Part shown: positions 40,900 through 51,626 of the stretch, in pieces
Layout: every line of letters begins with the position of its first letter
Numbering within the stretch: the stretch's first letter is position 1
The notes under the pieces: model-generated
Told to the model about the DNA's origin: nothing
Seen by the model: the letters and a program-made list of their open reading frames with translations, nothing else
The model's database searches: none
Translations under genes and position numbers: made by a program
Assembly (NCBI GenBank): GCA_963771465.1
Contig: CAVYTU010000014.1
Coordinates: 288,001 to 352,000 of the forward strand
DNA: 64,000 nt
Direction of reading: 5' to 3'
From: an uncultured delta proteobacterium
Lineage (GTDB): Bacteria; Desulfobacterota; Binatia; UBA9968

Positions 40900-41391
40900 C
40901 TAGAACTCACCACGATAAAAGCCGCGCTGGCCGCGCGCCTCTTCGACGCCGACTTCCAGGGAGCGAATTTTTGCGCTGTGGAAATTTTGCCTGACCCCGC
41001 GGCGAATTTGGTTGGCGACATGTTCTGCCAACAATTCCGTGCTGGTATTGGCGAGCGGCAGGAGCAGCACATCGCGCTTCGGAAGAATGATCTTTTGCTG
41101 CCGATAGCGCACTTCAATTTCCTTGGCCCGCCGGTTGACCTGAAGAATGGGACTTTTGGTTTGGATCAACGTGCGATGATCTAGCGCGTCGCAAATCCGC
41201 TTGACCATCGGCTTGAAGGTAATGAAGTCGAGCACCACGCCAGCGCGGTCCAACTCGCCATCCAATTTCACCGACACTTGGTAGTTGTGGCCATGCAGAG
41301 GCTCGCGTTGGCCGTTGGCGAAAATCAAGAAATGTGCGGACGCGAAATTGAAATAATCCTTCGCCACTTCGATGCTGAACGTTCGAGACAT
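40900..41391 (-). CDS. 6-pyruvoyl-tetrahydropterin synthase family protein (PTPS-III-type motif)
   Basis: 'FASAHF...REPLHGHNY', 'LDH', 'STELLA', 'VEE'; preceded by TTGAAA-N17-TAACGT-N7-ATG. Confidence 0.85.
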   Translation of the reverse strand: MSRTFSIEVAKDYFNFASAHFLIFANGQREPLHGHNYQVSVKLDGELDRAGVVLDFITFKPMVKRICDALDHRTLIQTKSPILQVNRRAKEIEVRYRQQKIILPKRDVLLLPLANTSTELLAEHVANQIRRGVRQNFHSAKIRSLEVGVEEARGQRGFYRGEF

Positions 41392-41515
41392 GGTCGCGAC
41401 GTTAACCAAAAGCATCCACCCTTTCAAGCACAAGCGGATATTGCGGGAAATGAAATTGTTCATTGGGGCGAATTTTGCTTGCATCTCGATATCGGAAGCG
41501 TTAGTGGAGGGGACC

Positions 41516-42274
41516 ATGTTGCTTGGAGAAGCGCTCGATCTTCGCCGGGGTGAGATGACTGCGCTGATCGGCGCCGGCGGCAAAACGACGACGATGTTTC
41601 GCCTGGCCAGGGAGCTTCGCGAGAAAGGGCGCAAGATCCTGTTAACCACCACGACCCAGATTCTTAAACCCAGCAAACCCCATGTCGATCGATTATTTTT
41701 GGCCGAGACGATCGACGCGCTGACCGAAACTTGCGCGCCGATCCCTGCGCCTGTGATCATCGGCGCTGGCAGCACTGTCAGCGAAGACGGGAAACTCTTG
41801 GGCTTGCCGTCGCCATGGCTCGATCGATTAAACGACGGCAAATCATTTGACGCGATCTTAGTAGAAGCCGACGGCCCTGAACCGCGCTTGTTTAAGCTTC
41901 CCGGCGATGCCGAGCCGGCGATACCGGCGAGCTGTCAGTTGACCGTTTGGCTGGTGTCGATCGGCATTTTAGACAAACCGCTCGACAACGCGTCGGATCA
42001 TCAAGTGGAACAAGCCAGAAAACTCTTCGGCCTGACCGCGGGCCGGCCGGTAACGCAGGATCTCATCGTTCAGTGGGTCAAGCACCCCGCCGGCTGTTGG
42101 AAAGGCATACCCCCGGCGTGCCGCAAAGTTGCCGTCATCAATCAAGCCGACAGTCCGGAACTTGTCAGCGCCGCGCGCGCTCTGGGCAAGCAACTGCTCG
42201 CCTGCGGCGTCGCGCGAGTAGTGATCACAAGTTATACGAGCGCAGAACCGGTCCAGGACGTATTGCTCCAGTAA
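41516..42274 (+). CDS. yqeC: Selenium-dependent molybdenum hydroxylase accessory protein YqeC
   Basis: 'IGAGGKTTTMFRLA', 'LTTTT', 'ILVEADG...K.P...EPAIP', 'INQAD'; GGAGG RBS; adjacent to mocA. Confidence 0.85.
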   Translation: MLLGEALDLRRGEMTALIGAGGKTTTMFRLARELREKGRKILLTTTTQILKPSKPHVDRLFLAETIDALTETCAPIPAPVIIGAGSTVSEDGKLLGLPSPWLDRLNDGKSFDAILVEADGPEPRLFKLPGDAEPAIPASCQLTVWLVSIGILDKPLDNASDHQVEQARKLFGLTAGRPVTQDLIVQWVKHPAGCWKGIPPACRKVAVINQADSPELVSAARALGKQLLACGVARVVITSYTSAEPVQDVLLQ

Positions 42275-42295
42275 AACAACCGCCGAGATAACCGC

Positions 42296-42883
42296 ATGAT
42301 CTCCGCCGTAATATTGGCCGCTGGGCGCGCCGAACGAATGGGTGAGCCGAAATTGTTTCTGCCTCTGGGCGATAAACCCGTGCTTCAGTGGGTTATCGAA
42401 AGTGCTCTCGCTTCCGATTTGGACGAAGTCATTTGTGTGTCCCGCGAATTGGAATCGGCGCGCCGGCAGATCAAACTCGTCGACGAACGCTTGTTTTGGC
42501 TGCTCAATTACGCCGCGGACCGGGGCCAGAGCACATCAGTGATCGCCGGCTTGTGGGCGGTCAATCCGGAGAGCGAAGGGGTCATGTTTCTCGCCGGGGA
42601 TCAACCGTTGGTTCGTAAAGAGCTGATCAATTCCTTAATTGAAAAATTTCAAGCCAGTTCCGCCCTCATCGTCGCGCCGAAGTTTAAAGACGCGGCGCGC
42701 AATCCTGTACTATTTCGCCGCGAGCTGTTCCCCGATCTGTTAAAGCTCACCGGCGACCGCGGCGAGCGGGCACTCCTGGAAAGCCATAGCATGAAAACCG
42801 CGCTGGTCGAGTGGCAGGATGAGGCTTCGTTCTTAGACATCGCTGAACCGGCGGACTTTGAGCGGCTCAAGGGGCTCGCTTAA
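42296..42883 (+). CDS. mocA: Molybdenum cofactor cytidylyltransferase (MocA/YgfJ family)
   Basis: 'ILAAG...RMG.PKL.L', 'GQSTSV', 'GDQP', 'NPVLF', 'LTGDRG'. Confidence 0.85.
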   Translation: MISAVILAAGRAERMGEPKLFLPLGDKPVLQWVIESALASDLDEVICVSRELESARRQIKLVDERLFWLLNYAADRGQSTSVIAGLWAVNPESEGVMFLAGDQPLVRKELINSLIEKFQASSALIVAPKFKDAARNPVLFRRELFPDLLKLTGDRGERALLESHSMKTALVEWQDEASFLDIAEPADFERLKGLA

Positions 42884-42891
42884 TGGCGCGA

Positions 42892-43995
42892 TCAATATTC
42901 AACAGCGCGGCCAACTGCTTCGGCAATATGCTTCAGGCCATCGCGTTCCAGTAAACGCAGCAAACCCTGATTGATTCGTTTCACCGCGCCTGGCCCTTCG
43001 AAGACCCAACCCGTGTAAATCTGTATCGCGTTGGCTCCCGCCTTTATCTTGTCATACGCGTCTTGAGCGGTGAATATTCCGCCCACGCCGATGATCGGCA
43101 AGCGCCCGTGGGTAATTTGATAAATGTGCGCGATAAATTTCGTCACCATCGCCGTGATCGGCCGGCCGCTCAAGCCACCGGGCTCGGCCCCGTTCGGCGA
43201 TTTCAATCCGTCGCGCATGAATGCGCTGGCGTTGGTGGCGACGATGCCGGTCAAGTTCACCTGTTCGACCACGTCGATGATCTCGTCGACTTGGGAGAAT
43301 TTCATGTCCGGTGCGATCTTGACGAACACCGGTTTCATCGAGCTATTGGCGCGCGCCGATAGCTCGCGGTTTTTTTCTTGCACCGCCGAAAGCAACTCAC
43401 GCAGCAATGACTTCTCCTGCAAGTCGCGCAGGTTCGGCGTGTTCGGCGAGCTGACGTTGAGCGTAAAAAAATCGCCGTGCGGAAACAGCGCTGCGAAACA
43501 CGCGAGAAAATCGCCAACCGCGTCTTTGGTCTCGACGATCTTGGTTCGTCCGATGTTCATGCCCAGTGGAATCTTCGGTCGCCCGTTACGCGCGCCCAAG
43601 CGGTCGAGTTTGAGCGCGATCGCCGCCGCGCCTTCGTTGTTGAAACCAAGGCGATTGATCAAAGCGTTGTCTTCGAGCAACCGGTAAAGCCGCGGCTTGG
43701 GATTGCCCGGTTGCGCCTGCGCCGTGACCGCGCCGACTTCCATGAAGCCGAATCCGAACGCCGATATCATCTTTGGCGCCGTCACGTTTTTGTCGAAACC
43801 GGCGGCGAGCCCGACGGGGTTTGAAAAAGTCAGCGGGCCGATTTTGACCACCAGCCGTTCATCTTCAACGTTGTACCAATCTTCCACCGTGCCGTAGAGA
43901 AACTCCAAACGCGCCAGCAAATGCAAGATGCGCTCGTGGCTTTCCTCCGGGTCTTTGTGAAATAACAGTGGGCGAATCAGCGATTTGTAAAACAT
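42892..43995 (-). CDS. pyrD: Quinone-dependent dihydroorotate dehydrogenase (class 2)
   Basis: 'NPVGLAAGFDKN', 'GNPKPRLYRL', 'NVSSPNTPNLR', 'VKIAPD', 'GGLSGRP'. Confidence 0.96.
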   Translation of the reverse strand: MFYKSLIRPLLFHKDPEESHERILHLLARLEFLYGTVEDWYNVEDERLVVKIGPLTFSNPVGLAAGFDKNVTAPKMISAFGFGFMEVGAVTAQAQPGNPKPRLYRLLEDNALINRLGFNNEGAAAIALKLDRLGARNGRPKIPLGMNIGRTKIVETKDAVGDFLACFAALFPHGDFFTLNVSSPNTPNLRDLQEKSLLRELLSAVQEKNRELSARANSSMKPVFVKIAPDMKFSQVDEIIDVVEQVNLTGIVATNASAFMRDGLKSPNGAEPGGLSGRPITAMVTKFIAHIYQITHGRLPIIGVGGIFTAQDAYDKIKAGANAIQIYTGWVFEGPGAVKRINQGLLRLLERDGLKHIAEAVGRAVEY

Positions 43996-44060
43996 GTCCC
44001 TTTTATCCATCTAACAACAAAAGGTTTGCGATGGTGATCTTTTCCAGCGGTGACAAAACA

Positions 44061-44088
44061 CGAGGGAGAGCCGGCAAGCTCTCCCTCG
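44061..44088 (-). terminator. Perfect 11-bp hairpin, probable terminator of the NIPSNAP gene
   Basis: CGAGGGAGAGC-CGGCAA-GCTCTCCCTCG, followed on the minus strand by TGTTTTG. Confidence 0.7.
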
Positions 44089-44146
44089 AAGAATAATTCA
44101 CCGCGCCAGGTTGACGGCGATGAATCTAACTCGACTGCAGGACAGT

Positions 44147-44764
44147 CTATTTAAACGGCGCGCAGGGCGCAGGCGTCATAATCGTGTTTTCTTGCATGAC
44201 CAAAAGTTCGCGGGTTGGCGGCGGCCAACCTTCGACCGTCTTTGATGCCTCCGCGCGCAGTCGCTCGCGTTCGCCGGCGTCTTTATAGGCCCACACATGA
44301 ATATATTGATTGAGCGGACCGATCATCGACTGACCCGCGAACACCAGCGGTGAGATTTTAGTGCGCGCCGCGATCACTTTGCTCCAGCGCTCCAATACCG
44401 TCGACATGGCGCCGGGTTGATAGGTATAGGTGCGGAATTCATAAAGCTCGCCCAGCTTCTTCTCCGGCAGCGGCGGCGAGAACGGCGCCAGCTGGACAAT
44501 CTTGTTCTCCTGGGTGACGATAAACTCTTGCGTCTTCGGCGGCCACTTGCCGGTCTTGCGCGCCTCGCCACCGATCCGCTCGCGGTCTTCAAAGCTCTCA
44601 TAGGGCCAGACATGGGTTACACGATTGAGACCGCCCACTTCTGAGCAGAATAGTCCAAGCAACTTGGAAAATTGCAGCCGCGCCGTCAAACCCTCGGCGA
44701 AGCGTTCGACAAAGTTGTTGGTCATCCCCGGTTTCAACACGTAGGTCCGCATTTCGAGAAACAT
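44147..44764 (-). CDS. NIPSNAP family protein (two domains)
   Basis: Duplicated 'E.RTY...PG...G.LN...HVW.Y....RER......WPP'. Confidence 0.92.
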   Translation of the reverse strand: MFLEMRTYVLKPGMTNNFVERFAEGLTARLQFSKLLGLFCSEVGGLNRVTHVWPYESFEDRERIGGEARKTGKWPPKTQEFIVTQENKIVQLAPFSPPLPEKKLGELYEFRTYTYQPGAMSTVLERWSKVIAARTKISPLVFAGQSMIGPLNQYIHVWAYKDAGERERLRAEASKTVEGWPPPTRELLVMQENTIMTPAPCAPFK

Positions 44765-44951
44765 GGCGCATCCCCCTTCGGTTGGTTTTCTATCCTTTCC
44801 CACGAATCCAGCAACAATTGCAACAGGAGATGTTCGCCAATTTGACGTGCGTTTGTCACTTTTGTCGGGGGCGACAAATTTTGTTAACTCAGAATTGCTT
44901 CATCCGCGCAGTTAACAACCCTTTTTACCTCCGTTTCAAAACATCCTTGGA

Positions 44952-44967
44952 TGGTATGTCCTTTGCG
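44952..44967 (+). promoter_or_regulatory. Sigma54 promoter of the GT2 operon
   Basis: TGGTAT-GTCCT-TTGCG; palindrome TTTGTCG-GGGG-CGACAAA at 44861-44878 upstream. Confidence 0.65.
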
Positions 44968-45043
44968 TAGCGCTCGTATCTCAATCAGCACGCCAAGCAA
45001 GGATTTCTTGAAAGGAATAACAGTTCACGACACAGACACATAT

Positions 45044-46762
45044 ATGGATCAAATTGCACCCCAAGGGGCAGATAGCAGGGCATACAAAGATATGAACGGA
45101 AACGGCGCGCAGGCGCAGGCGATTAGCGGTACGGAACTCATCGGAAAAGGAAACGGACATTCTCAGGTGCCAGCAAGTTCCGAAATCGACTTTGGGCTTC
45201 GACGTCCGCCAGAGAGCCATACTGGTTTAAATTTTTGGAAGACCATCGTTGGTCAAAAACCGTATGAGCGGCACTTGGAAAGCAAAGATCGTTTGCGTCG
45301 AACAACTGGCCAAATTTTTCTCTTGGGCAATGTCGGCTTCGGGCTTTTATATATTTTCTGGTTTTCTTCTGTCCTGAATTGGAGTGTGTGGTACATTTCC
45401 TTACCATTCCTAATAGCGGAAATCGCCGGTTTGATTACGGCAACATATTTCGCCGGGATTATTTGGCACCCGAGATTCCATCGGCCCGAGGGACTTAGTT
45501 GGGACCAGACGCCTTCGGTCGATGTTTTTGTCACTACCTGCGGAGAGCCGCTAACCATACTTCAACGCACACTGACGGCCGTAGCACAAATCGACTATTC
45601 GAGAAAGAAAGTATATATACTCGATGATGCGGCATCCCCTGGCGTGAAAATGCTCGCGGAGCAGAATGGCTGCCATTATATCGCCCGAACTGATCATGCC
45701 AATGCAAAGGCTGGCAATTTAAACCATGGCCTTTCTCAAACGCATGGAGAATTCTTCCTCACCCTCGACGCAGATCAAATTCCGGAAAGAGACATCATTG
45801 CGCGGCTTGTAAGTTACTTTAAGTTTTCCAAAGTGGGATTCGTCCAAAGCGCCCAGCGGTTCGTACTCCCCGATGGAGATCCTTTTGGTAATAGTGATGA
45901 GTTATTCTATAAGGTCATGCAACCCGGTAAAGACAATGACAACTCCGCATTTTCTTGCGGCTCGGGAGTCATTTACCGACGCGCGGCGCTCGAAAGCGTC
46001 GGCGGCTTTAGCACCTGGAACCTGGTCGAAGACGTACACACTTCGATGAAAATCCATGCGAAAGGTTGGAAATCGATATATCACAATCATCCACTTACGA
46101 CAGGGACCGCACCGGCTGATATCCTTAACGTTTACAAACAGCGGCAGCAATGGGCCACCGATTCTTTGAGACTTTTGTTTTGGGATAACCCTTTTAAATA
46201 CGCCGGGCTCACTTTGAAGCAGAAACTTCAATATTTTCAGTTGGGGTTCGTCTATCTGATATCTGGCTTTGCCATGCCGATATATTTCCTAATTCCGTCT
46301 TGGTCCCTTTTGACCGGTCAATTTTTAGCTGACGCACCGGTAACTGATTATATGTTCTATAGAGGTCTCTATTTTTTGTTCGGAATACTAGCGCTGACGA
46401 TTCTCGAACACCCCGCTGATTCTCGAAAACCTTACAAAATGTGGGCAGGGTTATTTCCGATTTTTGTTAAAGCAACTATCGCGGCCATTCGCTCCAAGAC
46501 TCATAAACCTCGTTATGCCGTGAACGGCAAACTCCCAGACAACCCGAGTCTGCTACAGCGCATCAAAGCGATAGTGCCTCAGATGAGCTTCATAGTCCTC
46601 ACGCTGGCATCAATAGCCTTCAGCCTACAGCTCACGACACTTCCCATGGAACTTTTCCTTGTCAACGGACTATGGGGCTGTTGGGTCATCTGGTCACTCA
46701 TCGGTATTTGCACTGCGGCGGTGAAACCGAAAAAGTTTTCCCAGAGTGTCGGTCCCGCATAA
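45044..46762 (+). CDS. Processive GT2 polysaccharide synthase (cellulose synthase BcsA-like, no PilZ)
   Basis: 'LDD', 'KAGNLN', 'DAD', 'FSCGSG', 'VED' and QRQQW at the QxxRW position; multiple TMs. The start is uncertain. Confidence 0.9.
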   Translation: MDQIAPQGADSRAYKDMNGNGAQAQAISGTELIGKGNGHSQVPASSEIDFGLRRPPESHTGLNFWKTIVGQKPYERHLESKDRLRRTTGQIFLLGNVGFGLLYIFWFSSVLNWSVWYISLPFLIAEIAGLITATYFAGIIWHPRFHRPEGLSWDQTPSVDVFVTTCGEPLTILQRTLTAVAQIDYSRKKVYILDDAASPGVKMLAEQNGCHYIARTDHANAKAGNLNHGLSQTHGEFFLTLDADQIPERDIIARLVSYFKFSKVGFVQSAQRFVLPDGDPFGNSDELFYKVMQPGKDNDNSAFSCGSGVIYRRAALESVGGFSTWNLVEDVHTSMKIHAKGWKSIYHNHPLTTGTAPADILNVYKQRQQWATDSLRLLFWDNPFKYAGLTLKQKLQYFQLGFVYLISGFAMPIYFLIPSWSLLTGQFLADAPVTDYMFYRGLYFLFGILALTILEHPADSRKPYKMWAGLFPIFVKATIAAIRSKTHKPRYAVNGKLPDNPSLLQRIKAIVPQMSFIVLTLASIAFSLQLTTLPMELFLVNGLWGCWVIWSLIGICTAAVKPKKFSQSVGPA

Positions 46763-46767
46763 TCACC

Positions 46768-47649
46768 GTGCGTCTTGGGCTATATCTTTCTGATTTGCCA
46801 TCTAACTTGGTCAGCGTCGATGGATGGGAGGAGCAATTAAGACATCCTATCGAGCTTCTAAGCATCTATCAGGCATGGGGATCGCAGTACCAGAACTTTT
46901 ACGCTAGGGAACTGGGCGATATCCACAAATCACGACGGACCGCCTTGATCACGTGGGAACCATGGGAGCTGCCGGTTCCGGGTAAATCTTCGAGCGATCA
47001 GCCTTGCTTTACTTTAAAACGGATCATTGCGGGAGATTACGACCCCTATATACGGCACTGGGCTGAGGCATCCAAATCCCTGCGCATACCCTATCATCTC
47101 AGACCGATGCACGAGATGAACGGTAATTGGTACCCTTGGTGCGGCACCGTCAATCAGAACCAGCCAGAGGAATACGTTGAAGCGTGGCGACATTTGCACG
47201 ATATCTTTCTTGAAGTCGGTGCGACTCAGGTTAGCTGGCTATGGTGCCCTTATGCCGCCTCATATCCGAACTCGCCTAAAAATGCCATTTCATGTTATTA
47301 TCCGGGCGATGCTTACGTCGATTGGATCGGTCTCGATGGTTACAATTGGGGGACTAGTCAACCTTGGTCACGATGGCAAAGTTTTCACGAGATATTTTCT
47401 CCCGCGTATGATATCGTCACGGATCTGACGGATAAACCGCTGCTTATTGCTGAGAGCGCTTCAACCGAGAGCGGCGGCAACAAATCTGAATGGATCAGGT
47501 CAGCGTTTGGAGAACTTAAAGACTCGTTTCCCAGAATCGTGGGATTCGTCTGGTTCAACGTTAAGAAAGAATGTGATTGGCGAATCGATTCGTCAGTACA
47601 GGCTCTACAGGCCTTTAGAGAAAGCGTGCAAGATTGGCCTGGGCCGTGA
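46768..47649 (+). CDS. Glycoside hydrolase family 26 protein
   Basis: 'ITWEPW', acid/base 'RPMHEMNGNWYPW', 'YYPGDAYVDWIGLDGYNWG', nucleophile 'LIAE'. Confidence 0.9.
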   Translation: MRLGLYLSDLPSNLVSVDGWEEQLRHPIELLSIYQAWGSQYQNFYARELGDIHKSRRTALITWEPWELPVPGKSSSDQPCFTLKRIIAGDYDPYIRHWAEASKSLRIPYHLRPMHEMNGNWYPWCGTVNQNQPEEYVEAWRHLHDIFLEVGATQVSWLWCPYAASYPNSPKNAISCYYPGDAYVDWIGLDGYNWGTSQPWSRWQSFHEIFSPAYDIVTDLTDKPLLIAESASTESGGNKSEWIRSAFGELKDSFPRIVGFVWFNVKKECDWRIDSSVQALQAFRESVQDWPGP

Positions 47650-47670
47650 CGGTACAATGAGGGAGGCGGG

Positions 47671-48396
47671 ATGAACGGCTTTAAACATCATTTAATTGCA
47701 TGTTGTGTTTGGAGCTTGTTATTCCTCTGGCCGCTCAAAGCCGTGCCTTCCGAACTTGAGTTGTATACAGGCGCCGCGGTTGACACTCAAGCACAGGGTT
47801 ACGAGTATTTTGGACTAGGATACGGGCAACCGATAAACGACCAGTGGACATTCATGGGAAAGCTAATCGGCAACTTTCTGCATTATGAATACGAGTCGGG
47901 TTCGGACAACATTAGGGCAAAAGCACCAGGATTCAGTTTCAAAATAGGTCCTAAATACTTCACGGAAGGACGCTACTTTATTCTTACTGCGGGCTTGGAC
48001 TATAGGAACACCACACTGAGCCGCAATGACCCGGACTCAAAAACAAAGGGCGCCAAAACCGGAGGCACGGTCGAGGCTATTTATAGCCAAGATCTAGTTG
48101 AAAGGCTCACGACGGATCTCATAGTCAATTATAGTTCCATAGGAAATTTCACCTGGGGACGCGGACGACTCAAATATTTGACGGTCGCCACTCCAGGAAC
48201 GCAGAAGCTATTCTTCGGCATAGAAGGAATCGGACAGGGGAACAGCGATTTTACGGCGCAGCAGGTAGGTGCCGTGGTTGAGTTGCAACGGCTGAAAGAA
48301 CAGTTCTCAATTGTCCTGAGCGGCGGTTATAAGCATAGCAGTACGTTTTCCAACACGGGCTACTTCGGACTCGAGATGTATTACAAGATTTGGTGA
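47671..48396 (+). CDS. Outer-membrane beta-barrel protein (BcsS/YaiO-like)
   Basis: Signal peptide, alternating aromatic/Gly beta-strands, C-terminal 'YFGLEMYYKIW'; GGAGG RBS. Confidence 0.7.
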   Translation: MNGFKHHLIACCVWSLLFLWPLKAVPSELELYTGAAVDTQAQGYEYFGLGYGQPINDQWTFMGKLIGNFLHYEYESGSDNIRAKAPGFSFKIGPKYFTEGRYFILTAGLDYRNTTLSRNDPDSKTKGAKTGGTVEAIYSQDLVERLTTDLIVNYSSIGNFTWGRGRLKYLTVATPGTQKLFFGIEGIGQGNSDFTAQQVGAVVELQRLKEQFSIVLSGGYKHSSTFSNTGYFGLEMYYKIW

Positions 48397-48862
48397 CCAA
48401 GTTCATCGGCCGAATTTCTGGCCAACGAATATTTGTTTGTAATTCTTCTCGCTCACCTCAAATCGTTCGCCTCATTGTATTCCGGTTTAAAGCGAACCTA
48501 CTAGAAGTCAGCGTTTAGGATTTATCCTCTTATCTTTTCTCAGGCCGAAGATATCCATGTCGAAGCGCGGCAGGAAAATTAGGTTTTAACTTTCACCGCG
48601 ACGAGGCCGTTGATCTTGCCATTGAGGTTAATGTTGAAGGCGGCAATTTCGCCGCCGGTTCGATCTCCGGGCTTAACTACCTGGTGATTGGACCGAGAAT
48701 TTTATACCGGCTCATAATTACGTTTCCACTGTTCGCTGCTAGGCGATTCGGCTCGCCAGATTTTCAAATTCCTCCGATTCTGCTAAGACACGGGCAATTG
48801 CTCGTTGAATGCCGTCGCTGCACGCGGCTGATTCCGCCATGGATGACGATCGCAATTAGTAA

Positions 48863-49984
<1,122 letters not shown>

Positions 49985-50194
49985 CCAATCGCGCCCACGG
50001 CCGCATGTCGATGATCGTGCCGCCAACTAAACGCCGGGCCACGGGTTGCGCCGCAAAATACGAGTGAAGTCAGCGAATAATTTCACAAAAAAACGGCTTG
50101 CAGTTTACGGAATTTCTTTCTATAAGAGAGCCCTAGCGAGTTTTTCTAGGCCGCACTGAGAACTCCGCACCCACATATTTAGAAAGGAACAGCA

Positions 50195-50662
50195 ATGGAC
50201 AAGAAGATAAAGTTTCGCGTCAACGGCAAGAAAGTCGAGTTGGAAGTTCCAACCAATCGCCTGTTGATCGACTGCATACGTTACGACGTCGGTCTCACCG
50301 GCACCAAAGAGGGTTGCAGCGTCGGCGTCTGCGGCGCCTGTACCGTGTTGATGGACGGCGACATGATCAGCTCCTGTTTGACCTTGGCGGTCATGGCCGA
50401 CGGCCACGATATCACCACCGTTGAAGGTCTGGCCAAGAACGGCGAGCTCAACCCAGTACAAAAAAGCTTTATTCAATACGGCGGCTTTCAATGCGGCATC
50501 TGCACGCCCGGTCAAGTCGTCGCCGCCACCGCTTTGTTAAAAGAAAATCCCAAACCGAACGAAGACGAGATCAAGGACTGGATGATGGGCAATCTGTGCC
50601 GCTGCACCGGTTACTACAAGATCATCGAGTCGATCGAGAAAGCGCATCAATTCGCCAAATAA
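50195..50662 (+). CDS. [2Fe-2S] small subunit of a molybdenum hydroxylase (CoxS/CutS-like)
   Basis: 'GCSVGVCGACTV...SC', 'QCGICTPG', 'GNLCRCTGY'. Confidence 0.95.
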   Translation: MDKKIKFRVNGKKVELEVPTNRLLIDCIRYDVGLTGTKEGCSVGVCGACTVLMDGDMISSCLTLAVMADGHDITTVEGLAKNGELNPVQKSFIQYGGFQCGICTPGQVVAATALLKENPKPNEDEIKDWMMGNLCRCTGYYKIIESIEKAHQFAK

Positions 50663-50678
50663 TAATAAGGACACAGCC

Positions 50679-51626
50679 ATGATACCCTTTGAATATCGCA
50701 CTCCGAAGAATCTCAAAGAAGTTCACGCCACTTTAAAAGAATTCGGCGGCGACGCCAAGCTGATCGGCGGCGGAACGGCGCTCGTGATCATGATGAAGCA
50801 GCGTCTGGTCCGGCCCAGTTGCCTGGTCGCACTGCGCTCAGTGCGCGGATTGAATGGAATAGAAGTCAAAGACGGCGGTTTGAGCATCGGCGGCCTCGCT
50901 ACCCACCGCGAAGTCGAGAGCTCGTCATTGGTGCGCCGCCGATTGCCCATGCTGGCGGAAACCTTTCATCATGTCGCGACCATCCGCGTGCGCAACATGG
51001 CCACTGTCGGCGGTGGCTTGGCTCACGCCGATCCCAACATGGATCCACCGCCGAGCTTGATCGCTCTCGGCGCCACTCTGAAAGCGACTTCGGCGAGCGG
51101 CAGCCGGATGATTGCGCTCGATGAATTTTTCAAAGACTACTACGAAACCGTGCTCAATCCCGACGAAATCATCACCGAATTGTTCGTGCCGAAAGTGGCT
51201 CCCAATACCGGCGCGGCTTATATAAAATTCTTGCCGCGCACCGCTGACGACTACGCCACCGTATCAGCTGCCGCCGTGCTAACGTTAGACAAGACCAATA
51301 AAACCATCGCCGATGTGCGCATCGCCCTGGGTAGCGTCGGTGTGACGCCGATTCGCGCCACCGAAGCCGAAGCGGTATTGCGCGGCCAGCCGCTCAAGGC
51401 CGAAGCCTTCGCCGAAGCCGGCGAGAAGGCCAAGGGCGCGGTCGATCCGGTCAGCGATTTCCGCGGTTCGGCCGGATACAAGAAAGATATGGCGGCGGTG
51501 TTTGTCCGGCGCGCGCTGGAGAAAGCCCTAGCGGATATCCGCCAGCAGGCAAAAGCCAAAGCGGTGCCCAAGCCCAAACCCGCGCCGAAAAAGAAAGTCG
51601 CCAAGAAGAAAGGCAAGAGGAAGTGA
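50679..51626 (+). CDS. FAD-binding medium subunit (CoxM/CutM-like)
   Basis: 'LIGGGTAL', 'RVRNMATVGGGLAHADP', 'DPVSDFRGSAGYK'. Confidence 0.93.
   Translation: MIPFEYRTPKNLKEVHATLKEFGGDAKLIGGGTALVIMMKQRLVRPSCLVALRSVRGLNGIEVKDGGLSIGGLATHREVESSSLVRRRLPMLAETFHHVATIRVRNMATVGGGLAHADPNMDPPPSLIALGATLKATSASGSRMIALDEFFKDYYETVLNPDEIITELFVPKVAPNTGAAYIKFLPRTADDYATVSAAAVLTLDKTNKTIADVRIALGSVGVTPIRATEAEAVLRGQPLKAEAFAEAGEKAKGAVDPVSDFRGSAGYKKDMAAVFVRRALEKALADIRQQAKAKAVPKPKPAPKKKVAKKKGKRK

Noticed and set aside
48500-48690. Possible minus-strand gene remnant (…GGEIAAFNINLNGKING… / FLPRFDMDIFG…)
   Set aside because: Short, interrupted and not assignable to a family.
50127-50194. Moco riboswitch before the coxS-like gene (3' end CCCACATATTTAGAAAGGA loosely resembles the motif)
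   Set aside because: The leader after the likely promoter (TTGCAG-17-TATAAG) is only about 65 nt, and the other stems are not recognisable. An Infernal search would settle it.
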